Origin: Bdellovibrionales bacterium
GTDB lineage: Bacteria > Bdellovibrionota > Bdellovibrionia > Bdellovibrionales > UBA1609
Assembly: GCA_965219095.1 (NCBI GenBank)
Contig: CBDCMT010000001.1
Span: 1,984,001-2,048,000 of the forward strand
Direction: 5' to 3'
DNA length: 64,000 nt
The notes below the pieces were generated by a model that was not told where the DNA came from, made no database searches, and saw only the letters and a list, made by a program, of their open reading frames with translations. The position numbers were made by a program, and so were the translations under genes. Of this stretch, positions 31,646-41,877 are shown one piece after another (the stretch's first letter is position 1; the number at the start of each line of letters is the position of its first letter).

Positions 31646-34600
31646 TTGAAAGATTTACTTAACTTTTTTGACAAACCTAAAGATCCTTTGTCGGTCCATT
31701 CGGTTCGTATTTCCCTAGCTCCACCTGAAAAAATTAAAGAGTGGTCCTTTGGAGAAGTAAAAAAACCAGAAACTATAAATTATAGAACGTTTAAGCCTGA
31801 AAAAGATGGTCTTTTTTGTGCTAAAATTTTTGGTCCTGTTAGGGATTACGAATGTGTTTGTGGAAAGTACAAACGTATGAAATACCGTGGTGTTGTTTGT
31901 GAAAAATGTGGCGTAGAGGTGACTCAGTCAAGGGTGAGAAGGGAGAGAATGGGGCATGTTCAGTTAGCTTCTCCTGTAGCTCATATTTGGTTTTTAAGAT
32001 CCTTACCTAGCCGTATTGCAACTCTTTTAGGTATGACTTTAAAAGATGTAGAGAGAGTTCTTTACTGTGAATCTTATGTTGTGATTGATCCTATGGATAC
32101 AGATTTAAAAGAAAGCTCTATTTTATCAGAAGAAGCTCATCAAACAGCTCGTGAGGAGTATGGTCCTAACTTCAAGTCAGGTATGGGTGGTAATGCTATT
32201 TTGGATCTTTTGAAAAAAGTTGATGTAGACTATTTGACACGTAAACTTCGTATTGATTTGAAGGAGACAAAATCAGAAAGTAATGCTAAGAAAATTGTTA
32301 AAAGACTTAAAATTTGTAATCAGCTCAAGACTTCAAAAAACAAGCCTGAGTGGATGATGTTACAGGCTTTACCTGTGATTCCTCCTGATTTAAGGCCTTT
32401 AGTCCCTTTAGATGGTGGTCGTTTTGCCACCTCAGATCTTAATGATCTTTATCAAAGGGTTCTGAATCGAAACAATCGTCTCAAACGTCTTTATGAACTC
32501 AGTGCACCTGAGGTAATCATTCGTAATGAAAAACGTATGCTTCAAGAGGCTGTGGATGCACTTTTAGATAATGGTCGTCGTGGAAAAACTTTTACGGGAC
32601 CTAACCGTCGTCCTCTTCGTTCTTTAAGTGATATGTTGAAAGGAAAACAAGGTCGATTCCGTTACAATCTGTTAGGAAAACGTGTTGATTATTCAGGTCG
32701 TTCTGTCATTGTTGTAGGACCTGATTTAAGATTACACCAATGTGGTATTCCTAAAAAAATGGCACTAGAACTCTTTAAACCCTTTATTTATAATAAATTA
32801 GAACAGAAAGGTTTTTCTACAACAATCAAACAAGCTCGTCTTTTAGTTGAAGATGAGGCTATGGAAGTTTGGGACATTTTATCAGAAGTGGTCAAAGAAC
32901 ACCCTGTTTTATTAAATCGTGCTCCCACACTTCATAGACTTGGAATTCAAGCCTTCGAGCCTGTTTTACATGAAGGAAAAGCTATTTTGTTACATCCTCT
33001 TGTGTGTACAGCTTTCAATGCTGACTTTGATGGTGATCAAATGGCAGTTCACATACCTTTATCTTTAGAAGCTCAAATTGAAGCTCGCATACTTATGATG
33101 TCTACAAATAACATTTTGAGTCCCGCTAATGGAAAGCCAATCATTAATCCTACACAGGATATTGTTTTAGGAACTTATTGGATGACAAGACTTCGGCCAG
33201 GGGCTAGGGGTACGGGAAAAAAATTCTCATCTGTTGAAGAAGTGATCTATGCTTTTGAGCAAGGAGTTGTGGACCTACAAGCTGAAGTAGAAGTAAAAAT
33301 TAAAAGAAGAAGAGAAAAAACAACAGTAGGACGTGCGATTTTAAGTGATATTCTTCCTCAAGGAGTTGATTTTTCTTTAGTGAATCGCATTATGGATAAA
33401 AAATCTTTGGCCAAGCTTATTGATTATTCTTTTAGAAATGCAGGAGGAAAAGCCACTGTGAAGTTAGCTGATAGACTTATGGAATTAGGATTTCGTTACT
33501 CCACAAAAGCAGGTATTTCTATCTGCCTAGATGATCTTGTGATGCCTAAAAATAAAGGAGAGCTACTTCAAAAAGCTTCTAAAGAGGTAGATGAAGTCCG
33601 TGGTCAATACGATGAAGGTTTGATCACAGAAGGTGAGTGTTATAATAAAGTTGTGGATATTTGGGCTCGTGCTACAGACAAAGTCACAAAAGGACTTTTA
33701 AATCAATTAGAAAAAGAAACTTTTATTGTTGAAGGAAAGAAAGTTGAAGGAAGTAGTTTCAATCCTATTTATATTATGGCTGACTCGGGAGCAAGAGGTT
33801 CTTCTAATCAAATTCGACAGCTAGCAGGGATGAGGGGACTTATGGCAAAACCTTCTGGAGAGATCATTGAAACTCCTATTACAGCTAATTTTCGCGAAGG
33901 ACTTTCTGTTCTTCAGTACTTTATTTCTACTCATGGGGCTCGTAAGGGTTCGGCTGATACGGCTTTAAAAACAGCTAATGCAGGTTATTTGACAAGAAGG
34001 CTTGTTGATGTAGCTCAAGATATTGTTGTTACAGAAGAAGATTGTGGTACTCAGGATGGTATGCGTACAACTTCTCTTATGGAATCCGGTGAAGTCATAG
34101 AGCCTTTAGGAGAAAGAATCTTAGGAAGAACAGCTGCTGAAGATATTCTTCACCCTCAGAGTAATGAAGTAATTGTGAAACGAGATGAAGAGATTGGTGA
34201 AACTGTTGTTGAGGTCATTAATGAAGTTCAATTGGATTCTGTAAAAATCCGTTCTACTTTGACATGTGAAACTCGTTATGGAGTATGTGCTAAATGTTAT
34301 GGTCGTGATTTAGCCCGCGGAGCTACAGTGAATTTAGGGGAAACTGTGGGAGTTATGGCGGCTCAGTCTATTGGAGAACCAGGAACACAATTGACTATGA
34401 GGACATTTCATTTAGGAGGTACGGCCTCTCGAACGATTGAACAATCTGTAAGTATAGCTCACCATGAAGGAATCGTTCGACTTGAAGGTCTTTCTACAGT
34501 TGAAAATAAAGACGGTAAGTTAATAGCTATGAATCGCAATGGTGATATAGTGATCTACACTCATGATGGTAGAGAAAAAGAAAGAATCAAATCAGTTACT

Positions 34601-35821
34601 TATGGAGCTATTTTATCGAAAAGAGATGGGGATAAAGTTGTCAAGGGAGAACAGATTCTTGAATGGGATCCTTATTCTAATCCCATTGTAGCAGAAGTTT
34701 CAGGAACGGCAACTTTTGTTGATATTGAGGAAGGTGTTACTATGGTGCAGCAAGTAGATCCTATGACAGGATTTTCAACGCGTGTGATCATTCAACGTAA
34801 AAAAGGAGAGAAAAAGCCTTATGTTGTACTTAGAAATACAGATGGTGAAGTAATTAATATTCCAGGTAAAAATTTACCAGCTCAGTATTTAATTCCTATA
34901 GGAGCTCAACTTCTTGTCACTGAAGGACAGGAAATTCACGCAGGGGATGTGATTGCTAAAATTCATAGAGAGACTTCAAAAACAAGAGATATTACAGGAG
35001 GCCTTCCTCGTGTTGCTGAACTCTTTGAAGCACGAATTCCTAAGGAATGTTCTGTTGTCTCTGAAATCGATGGTGTTGTGACTTTTGGTAAAGATATTAA
35101 GACAAAACAAAGAGTGATTGTGACTCCAGAAATAGGTGACTCTAAAGAGTATTTGATTCCAAGTGGAAAACATTTATCGGTAAGAGAAGGTGAGTTTATT
35201 AGAGCTGGGGATGCTCTTGTGGATGGGCCTACGAACCCTCATGATCTTTTGAAAATCTTAGGGGGAAAAGTTTTAGCTTCTTACTTAGTCAATGAAATTC
35301 AAGAGGTATATAGACTTCAGGGGGTTTCTATCAATGACAAGCATATTGAGTTGATTGTAAGACAAATGTTAAGAAAAGTTGAAGTCATCAGTGCAGGAGA
35401 TACAAGTTTTCTTCCTGGAGAACAAGTAAATAAGTTCACTTTCATAGACGAGAATGAAGTTGTTATTAAAGCGGGTCAGACTCCAGCAAAAGCTATTCCC
35501 ATCTTTTTAGGCATTACAAGAGTATCTTTAAGTACGGAGAGTTGGATTTCTGCAGCTTCTTTTCAAGAAACTACAAAGGTGCTTACAGAGGCCGCTTTAT
35601 CCTCTCGTGTTGATAAACTTAGAGGTTTGAAAGAAAATATTATTATGGGAAGGCTTATCCCTGCAGGTACAGGCCTTAAATGTTATAGGCAGTGGGGTAT
35701 TGATGTGGCTCATAGTGATGAACAAGATATTTCTCATGAGCTTCCTGGCTTTCCTGCTCAAGTAAGTTCAGAGACAGGGAGTACAAGTTATGGAATAGGA
35801 GGAAATATCTCACGATCTTAA
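31646..35821 (+). CDS. rpoC: RNA polymerase beta' subunit (TTG start)
   Basis: [12 protein letters not shown], zinc finger, [22 protein letters not shown]. Confidence 0.99.
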   Translation: MKDLLNFFDKPKDPLSVHSVRISLAPPEKIKEWSFGEVKKPETINYRTFKPEKDGLFCAKIFGPVRDYECVCGKYKRMKYRGVVCEKCGVEVTQSRVRRERMGHVQLASPVAHIWFLRSLPSRIATLLGMTLKDVERVLYCESYVVIDPMDTDLKESSILSEEAHQTAREEYGPNFKSGMGGNAILDLLKKVDVDYLTRKLRIDLKETKSESNAKKIVKRLKICNQLKTSKNKPEWMMLQALPVIPPDLRPLVPLDGGRFATSDLNDLYQRVLNRNNRLKRLYELSAPEVIIRNEKRMLQEAVDALLDNGRRGKTFTGPNRRPLRSLSDMLKGKQGRFRYNLLGKRVDYSGRSVIVVGPDLRLHQCGIPKKMALELFKPFIYNKLEQKGFSTTIKQARLLVEDEAMEVWDILSEVVKEHPVLLNRAPTLHRLGIQAFEPVLHEGKAILLHPLVCTAFNADFDGDQMAVHIPLSLEAQIEARILMMSTNNILSPANGKPIINPTQDIVLGTYWMTRLRPGARGTGKKFSSVEEVIYAFEQGVVDLQAEVEVKIKRRREKTTVGRAILSDILPQGVDFSLVNRIMDKKSLAKLIDYSFRNAGGKATVKLADRLMELGFRYSTKAGISICLDDLVMPKNKGELLQKASKEVDEVRGQYDEGLITEGECYNKVVDIWARATDKVTKGLLNQLEKETFIVEGKKVEGSSFNPIYIMADSGARGSSNQIRQLAGMRGLMAKPSGEIIETPITANFREGLSVLQYFISTHGARKGSADTALKTANAGYLTRRLVDVAQDIVVTEEDCGTQDGMRTTSLMESGEVIEPLGERILGRTAAEDILHPQSNEVIVKRDEEIGETVVEVINEVQLDSVKIRSTLTCETRYGVCAKCYGRDLARGATVNLGETVGVMAAQSIGEPGTQLTMRTFHLGGTASRTIEQSVSIAHHEGIVRLEGLSTVENKDGKLIAMNRNGDIVIYTHDGREKERIKSVTYGAILSKRDGDKVVKGEQILEWDPYSNPIVAEVSGTATFVDIEEGVTMVQQVDPMTGFSTRVIIQRKKGEKKPYVVLRNTDGEVINIPGKNLPAQYLIPIGAQLLVTEGQEIHAGDVIAKIHRETSKTRDITGGLPRVAELFEARIPKECSVVSEIDGVVTFGKDIKTKQRVIVTPEIGDSKEYLIPSGKHLSVREGEFIRAGDALVDGPTNPHDLLKILGGKVLASYLVNEIQEVYRLQGVSINDKHIELIVRQMLRKVEVISAGDTSFLPGEQVNKFTFIDENEVVIKAGQTPAKAIPIFLGITRVSLSTESWISAASFQETTKVLTEAALSSRVDKLRGLKENIIMGRLIPAGTGLKCYRQWGIDVAHSDEQDISHELPGFPAQVSSETGSTSYGIGGNISRS

Positions 35822-35909
35822 AAAGCTCTTGCCCTAGAGATTAAAAAGAGATAATTTGTGGTTTATGAGGATAAAAGGAAGGACTGATTATGATGGAGAA
35901 AAAAACTAA

Positions 35910-36284
35910 ATGCCAACGATCAATCAATTGATACGTAAACAAAGAGCCTTACAAAAAGATGCTTCTAAGTCTCCTGCTCTTAAAAAGTGTCCTCAAAAAC
36001 GAGGTGTTTGTACTAGAGTTTTCACTACAACCCCTAAGAAACCTAATTCAGCTCTTAGAAAAGTATGTCGTGTAAGACTTTCTAATGGCTTTGAAGTGAA
36101 TTCTTATATTCCTGGAATCGGTCACAATTTACAAGAACATAGTGTTGTTCTTATAAGAGGGGGAAGAGTGAAGGATCTTCCAGGTGTACGTTATCATACT
36201 GTAAGGGGAGTTTTAGATACTCAAGGAGTTAACAACCGTAAAACAAGTCGTTCTAAATATGGAACAAAAAAACCAAAAAAATAA
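35910..36284 (+). CDS. rpsL: 30S ribosomal protein S12
   Basis: [29 protein letters not shown]. Confidence 0.99.
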   Translation: MPTINQLIRKQRALQKDASKSPALKKCPQKRGVCTRVFTTTPKKPNSALRKVCRVRLSNGFEVNSYIPGIGHNLQEHSVVLIRGGRVKDLPGVRYHTVRGVLDTQGVNNRKTSRSKYGTKKPKK

Positions 36285-36294
36285 GGGATAAAGA

Positions 36295-36768
36295 ATGTCT
36301 AGAAGAAAAAAAACTTATAAAAGAGAAGTAGACTTGGATCCTGTTTATCAAGATTTAACAGCAGCTAAGTTTATTAATAAAGTTATGAAATGGGGCAAGA
36401 AAGTCAAGGCTCAAAATATATTTTATAATTCTCTTGAAATTTTAAAAGAAAAAAATAGCGATGATACACCTTTAGCAATTTTTAAAAAAGCTGTAGAAAA
36501 TTGTAAACCGGCTTTAGAAGTTCGTTCCCGTCGTGTGGGAGGGGCTATTTATCAAGTTCCTGTGGATGTGAGGTCTTCTCGTAAGTTAACTTTAGCTTTA
36601 CGTTGGATTGTAGCAAGTGCACGTAGACGTAAAGGTAAAACTATGTCTAAAAGTTTAGCGTCAGAACTCTTAGAAGCTTACAAGGGTCAAGGTAATGCTG
36701 TTAAGAAAAAAGAAGAAATTCATCGTATGGCAGAGGCTAACAAGGCTTTTTCTCATTATAATTGGTAA
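36295..36768 (+). CDS. rpsG: 30S ribosomal protein S7
   Basis: LEVRSRRVGGA.YQVP, HRMAEANKAFSHY.W. Confidence 0.99.
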   Translation: MSRRKKTYKREVDLDPVYQDLTAAKFINKVMKWGKKVKAQNIFYNSLEILKEKNSDDTPLAIFKKAVENCKPALEVRSRRVGGAIYQVPVDVRSSRKLTLALRWIVASARRRKGKTMSKSLASELLEAYKGQGNAVKKKEEIHRMAEANKAFSHYNW

Positions 36769-36772
36769 CAGA

Positions 36773-36847
36773 GCCCGTATGGCTCAGGGGTAGAGCACAC
36801 CCTTGGTAAGGGTGAGGTCGTGAGTTCAAGTCTCACTATGGGCTCCA
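36773..36847 (+). tRNA. tRNA-Thr(GGT)
   Basis: Acceptor gcccgta/tatgggc, anticodon arm caccc-ttGGTaa-gggtg, GTTCAAGTC, encoded CCA. Confidence 0.95.
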
Positions 36848-36855
36848 TTCATACA

Positions 36856-36905
36856 TAGTCGAATGTGAAAAATTGACAAAAGCCTAGGATTTTTATGCTG
36901 TATGA
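36856..36905. mobile_element. Solo IS5-type IR (counterpart of the ends at 17192 and 44956)
   Basis: tagtcgaatgtgaaaaattgacaaa versus tagtcgaatgtgaaaaatgcacaaa. Confidence 0.6.
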
Positions 36906-36909
36906 TCAT

Positions 36910-37410
36910 TTACATAGGTTTCAGTCTCAAAAGACAGTTTGACGAAGCAAAAATAGCCTGTGATGTCATAGCTCCTTCCATGATTCCAGAGATTTCATCG
37001 GATCGAGTCAAAACAGATCGATTAGATAGCAAGAGACTGGCTATTTATTATAAGAAAGGTCTTTTAACCATAGTCCATGTTCCGAATACAGAAGAAGAAA
37101 CACACCGTCGTCTTGTACGTTCAAGATACTCTTTAATAGAGAGAAGCAGTTCTTTAAAAAAAGAGATTTTATTCCACTGTAGACTCTATGGTTATAACTA
37201 CAAACTGGAAACAAAGGGGAAGAGCTACTGGACTCAAATGCATACGAGATGGCTTCAACAGATGGTTTCAGATGAAAAAAAAGATTTCTTTTTTAGAAAA
37301 GTTTTAGAGAATTATTTGTTTCTTTTAGAAAGTTTTTCTACATCTATAGAAAATTTAGAAACAGAGATTCATAAGCTCATTCAGACAGAAAAATATAAAA
37401 AAAAGGTATT
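36910..37410 (+). pseudogene. IS110-family transposase, internal fragment
   Basis: GFSL..CDVIAPSMIP..SDRVKTDRLDS, VHVP..EE..R.LVRSR; both ends missing. Confidence 0.85.
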
Positions 37411-38661
37411 TGATCTTCCCCCAAAAAAGTGGACAGTTTTTATGTTCTTAAAGCCCTCCTTTGTTTAAATTCTTTTGGGCTCATGTATTTCAAGGAAGAA
37501 TGCATTCTTACCTTGTTATACCAATCCATGTAAATTGCAATTTTTTTTTCCAACTCTTCCTTTGTTGTACAGTCTTTGTATTCCAGTTCATCCTTCAACG
37601 TATGGAAAAAGCTCTCCACAAACGCATTATCATAACAATTTCCTTTCCTAGACATAGATTGCTTGAGGCCAAAGAATTTCAATTCTTTTCTAAACCCTTC
37701 ACAACAATATTGAACCCCTTGATCCGAGTGGATTATCAAGCCCTCTAAGTTCCCAGAAACAGATTGGACTGCGGCTCTCAGAGCCTGTTTTGAATGAACC
37801 CCGTCCAAGCTCTCACAGAGCTTCCAAGACTTAATCTCTCGATTATAGACATCTAAAAATACAACCAAATACAGAAATTTATCTCTAAAAGGAATATAGG
37901 TTAAATCCGAACACCATACCTGGTTTTCTTTTCCTGCTTGGCTCTGTCCTGTCTTAAACAACCGAGGAGACTTAATCATGAGAGGGTTATTCTTTGTTGT
38001 TCTAGGAACATAGGGTTTTTTCTGACGGGCACTGAGATTCTTTAGTTTCATAATTCGAGCTACTTTGTTTTCTCCAGCACTCACTCCGCAACGCTTTAAT
38101 TCCCTATACACCCTGGGGGAACCATAACAGCCTTTATTTTTTTTAAAAATAGATTCTATGTTTTTCTCCAGATTTTTATCCTTTTCAAGCTTTCCCCTGG
38201 TTTTTAAAAAACTATAAAAACCAGAACGAGATCCTCTTAATAATTCGCAAATGCGAAGCACTGGATGCCCTTTCTCTTTTACATAAAACATAGCCTTAAA
38301 TCTCATTTCAGGATTTCCTTTGAAAAAAAAGCCGCTGCCTCTTTCAATATACCTACACTCCGCCTCTCATAGACCAGCTCCTTTTTTAACCTCTTTATTT
38401 CCTCCAATGCCGAAGCCAAGTCATGGGAAGCTTGTCTTTCTACTTCAGGCTTTAGAAAACGCTTCCAAGAGCTTATCACTTGGAAATTTCTCAGTCCTAG
38501 CTTCTCTGAGGCTTCCTTTGCACCTATTTCCTCTGCCAATTCAATGGCTTGCTTTTTAAACTCTTCCGAGTACTGTTTTACTTTTTCCATTCTTTCTTTT
38601 ACCTCCATTTTATGGAGACTTTAAGAGAAAATTGACTGTCCGCAAAAACAGGGGAAGTTCA
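37411..38661 (-). mobile_element. IS3-family element (orfA 38303-38608, orfB 37440-38306)
   Basis: TG-starting IRs tgatcttcccc..ggacagt / tgaacttcccc..ggacagt; YSEEFK HTH, YGSPRV, WCSDLTYI, HSDQGVQY, CYDNAFVESFF. Confidence 0.94.
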
Positions 38662-39170
38662 CTCTATAAAACGAAAACACCTATCACAGCAGCTGACCTT
38701 CTCAATGATAGAGTGTTCCCTTTCTTTGAAGACCATGATGTGCCCCTGCTTCGTATGTTAACAGATAGAGGTACAGAGTTCTGTGGAGTTCAAGATCGTC
38801 ACGATTATGAGCTTTATTTGGCTATCAATGATATAGAGCACACAAAAACAAAGGCAAGACATCCTCAAACCAATGGCATCTGTGAAAGATTTCATAGAAC
38901 AATTTTAGAGGAGTTTTATCAAGTGGAGTTTAGAAAAAAAGTGTACAAAAGCATAGAAGAGTTGCAGTCTGACCTTGACTTGTGGCTTGTAAAATATAAT
39001 GAAAGGAGAACTCATCAGGGAAAAATGTGTTGTGGTCGAACACCTATGGAAACTTTCCTTGACGGAAAACAAAAAGTAAGGCAAAAGATGATTGAACAGA
39101 ACGAAAACTGACAGACAGTTTTTTATCAACCCAGAAAGGGTAACTGTCAGATCATATAACGTCTATTACA
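38662..39170 (+). mobile_element. IS481-family 3' half with right IR
   Basis: LLRMLTDRGTEFCG, HPQTNGICERFHRT, YNERRTHQG; ends ...tctattaca. Confidence 0.88.
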
Positions 39171-39595
39171 TTTTAACACTCCAATCACTGACCTCCACAA
39201 CAGAACGTTTTTTCAACATCAACTTGTCAAATAAGGGAATCAATTTGTTCTCCATATTTAATTTGATGTTTGTAATAAGCTTAACTCCCTTCTTTAAAAG
39301 CTTTTTTAAAAGGTCTGATGAAATATAACCTCTGTCCCAAAAGAGTTTTCCCATCAGCCCTTTACTATAAATCCATAACTTAGCTTTCGATCATCTACAT
39401 TTCCCGGAGTTAAGGTAAAACTTAAAAGTTCTCCTAGGTGATTGATAACAATATGGAGTTTAAATCCGAAGAACCAGCCCATACTACTTTTGTCTCTTTT
39501 TAGCTAACTTTTAGAACACCTTATTTCGTCCTATTCTTTTATTTTTGAAGAAAAATCGATGTGGAATCAATAAATGATATGCCGGTGGTTTTACT
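39171..39595 (-). pseudogene. IS982-family transposase, internal remnant
   Basis: TGISFIDST, KSSMGWFFGFKLHIVIN, LTPGNVDDR, KLFWDRGYIS, KRSVVE (frameshifted). Confidence 0.85.
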
Positions 39596-39716
39596 GTAAG
39601 TCGGTTTCTTAACAGCCCTTGACTTCTGTGGAGAGGATGTTTCTTAGATTTTAACGGGGTTTTTTTGAAAGAAGTGTAGTCAGTATAAGTTAGGAGCGGT
39701 TTAAAAACCGAGTTAC
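39596..39716. mobile_element. 121-bp IS66-derived mini-element
   Basis: Ends gtaagtcggtttcttaacagc and (revcomp) gtaactcggtttttaaaccgc; interior resembles 52972-53020. Confidence 0.75.
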
Positions 39717-40207
39717 ACAAAACTGAACAAGGAATGTACATAGGACTGATTCCTCGTGCTAAAAAGAAAATACCAGATATTTTTGACCAACTTTTGGTAA
39801 AGACGATGTTTAAAAAGCATATTATCTATCCTATGAATGAAGCAGGGATTACAAATCAATGGTTGGATTTCAAGACAATGCAGGAAAGAGTTGACAGTAT
39901 GGATACTATGCCAGGAAGTAAAACATTTATTGAAAGAATGAAAGAACTTAAAGAAGACGTCAATACAGCATTTGACTTGGAAGCTTTAGGAAAGAGTCCT
40001 TTGACTTTGTTGGAAGTTTTAGCTGTAGCTCGTGCCCAAGGAGCAATAGGAGCGGTAAAAGACAAAAGCAACAGATCAGGGGCTCTGACTAACTATATGA
40101 AGGATCTCATTTTAGAAAGTGGTTTAGATGAACATGAACCTGCATTAGTGCTAAAAAATAAACATAGGCGTTTAAGAAGAGACTATTTCTATAATGGCCC
40201 CCGATAA
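39717..40207 (+). pseudogene. Hypothetical protein, probably 5'-truncated by the mini-element
   Basis: Frame is open from the element boundary to 40207; no recognisable motif. Confidence 0.4.
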
Positions 40208-40440
40208 CACTCGAAAGGTTTTTTAGCTCCTTAGACATTAGAGCTTTATCAGGAAAAATCGCTTGATAATAATAATGTCATCTTGTATTAATTGCAATTT
40301 AATCTGACATAGTTTTTGTAATGTCAAAGAGTTAAAAAAAGATTATCCGCTCTAAAAAAACAAAGCCTCAGATTTCAAATGTAGACTATGGTCCAGTTTT
40401 CTTAAAACAACATTTATATTTTATAAACACGAGAGCTTTC

Positions 40441-41147
40441 TTAGGTGACAAGAAGAGTTTTTTTCGTTATTTTTGAGATTGAAAAAGAACACTTCATAAT
40501 CTGGTTTTCATCATAAGAATAGGTGACTTTAATTCCCTGTCCTGCTGGGCGATCAGGAGGTAACACCAAATCTCCCTCCCAAATCACTTTAACAAACTTA
40601 GGATCTTTCTCCTCAGAGCTACTTTGCGTAACTTTACAACTGATATTTATTTGATTGTCTCTTATTGTGGAATAAATATCTGCCTTTGAACAAGGTATCT
40701 TAGCACCTTTTCTTATTATAATACAATTTTTTAAAGCTATCTCTCCAGTTTCTACCTCTCTGTCCACAGCTATAGTTCCAAAAAAATGATTAGTAATTTC
40801 TTGGATTTTTACTTTTGAGAGTGAAGATTGTTGAACAACATTTAAATTTCTTCCATCTGTTTTATAGCCGCAATAAACGCTAGCTCCTAAGGCCACGACC
40901 TCATCGGGATTATGAAGAGATTTTGGTTTTTTATGAAAAACTTTTTCTACACTTTTTTGAACAAAAGGGATTCTTGTGGATCCTCCCACAAGAAAAACAT
41001 CCTTAATGTCAGACAGCTTTAAATTAGCTTGATCAATTACGCTTTCACAAAGAATTTCTGTTTGTACTACTAAAGTTGAAATTGATTCTTCAAACTCACT
41101 TCTTGCAACAGAAACCTCAGCTTTATCTGCCCCTCTCCCTATACATA
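40441..41147 (-). pseudogene. Hsp70/DnaK-like protein fragment
   Basis: RSEFEE..., DVFLVGGSTRIPFVQ, NPDEVVALGA, VTYSYDEN; frame open up to the IS630 IR. Confidence 0.85.
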
Positions 41148-41170
41148 TAGTGCTTCCGTTTAGGTTTTCA
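41148..41170 (-). mobile_element. Solo IS630 type A right IR
   Basis: tagtgcttccgtttaggttttca, revcomp of 9212-9234, preceded by TA. Confidence 0.85.
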
Positions 41171-41181
41171 GTCTTTTCTCC

Positions 41182-41223
41182 TTAAGAAAAAGCTTAAAAA
41201 TACTTTCTTAAGCTTTTTCTTAA
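41182..41223. terminator. Perfect 16-bp inverted repeat downstream of the small ORF
   Basis: ttaagaaaaagcttaa-N10-ttaagctttttcttaa. Confidence 0.6.
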
Positions 41224-41233
41224 ATTTCTTCAA

Positions 41234-41395
41234 TTATTGTTCCCCTTTAGAAGACTCAGGCAGTGCTGTATTATGATTGTGATCAGGATTCGTCTTATCT
41301 TCTAAATGATGGCTTCTAGGGGTATGATTGCACTCTTCAGCCATTACTGCAGTTCCACTAAGGAAAATTGCTATGACAAGAAATAATTTTTTCAT
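41234..41395 (-). CDS. 53-aa putative secreted His-rich small protein
   Basis: MKKLFLVIAIFLSGTAVMA-EECNHTPRSHHLEDKTNPDHNHNTALPESSKGEQ; GGAGGT SD 4 nt upstream; downstream hairpin. Confidence 0.7.
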   Translation of the reverse strand: MKKLFLVIAIFLSGTAVMAEECNHTPRSHHLEDKTNPDHNHNTALPESSKGEQ

Positions 41396-41635
41396 ATTGA
41401 CCTCCTCTCCTTTTTTATTCTCTACCCTTTTTACTGCAATAAAAGGTCCACTAGTAAAAAACTCTTTAATTTTAAGTAGTTATGAAAAAGAGCTTATAAG
41501 CCTTAAAAAGAAGGGGAGTAAAAAGCTTTTAAGTGTCTAAATTTTAAACATCTGTTTAACAGTTCTGGCTCATCGAACCAGCCATGCTCGGTATGACTGA
41601 AGGTTTTAGAGGTTTGAAGTAAAGCAATTTTCATC

Positions 41636-41720
41636 TGATCTTCCCCTGTTTTCGCTGACAGTCAATTTTCTCTTAAAGTCTACGTGAAATGGAAGCAAAA
41701 GAAGAAATGGAAAAAGTTAA
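41636..41720 (+). mobile_element. Degenerate IS3 left-end remnant
   Basis: Similar to the revcomp of 38578-38661. Confidence 0.7.
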
Positions 41721-41877
41721 TTTATTTCATTATTCTATTTTATTGTACAATTTTATTGAAATTATATCATTTTAGAAAACAAACAGGGTGTGCTAGAAAG
41801 ATTCTAGAGGAGAAAAAACTTGAATTTTAAAAAGACCTGGACGACCTTTTTTTTTCATCATACTTCGAACCAAAAAC

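Noticed and set aside
27776..35173. Short antisense ORFs inside rpoB/rpoC, and similar ones inside tuf, topA, nhaP, gap and tmk
   Set aside because: Shadow frames of conserved genes
35910..36284. Streptomycin-resistance alleles in RpsL
   Set aside because: PKKPNS and RVKDLP motifs are wild type
36902..37468. Functional IS110 bridge-recombinase system
   Set aside because: Only an internal transposase fragment remains; both ends and the non-coding region are replaced by other ISs
41561..41600. Small hairpin tggct..agcca, possibly REP-like
   Set aside because: 5-bp stem and single copy
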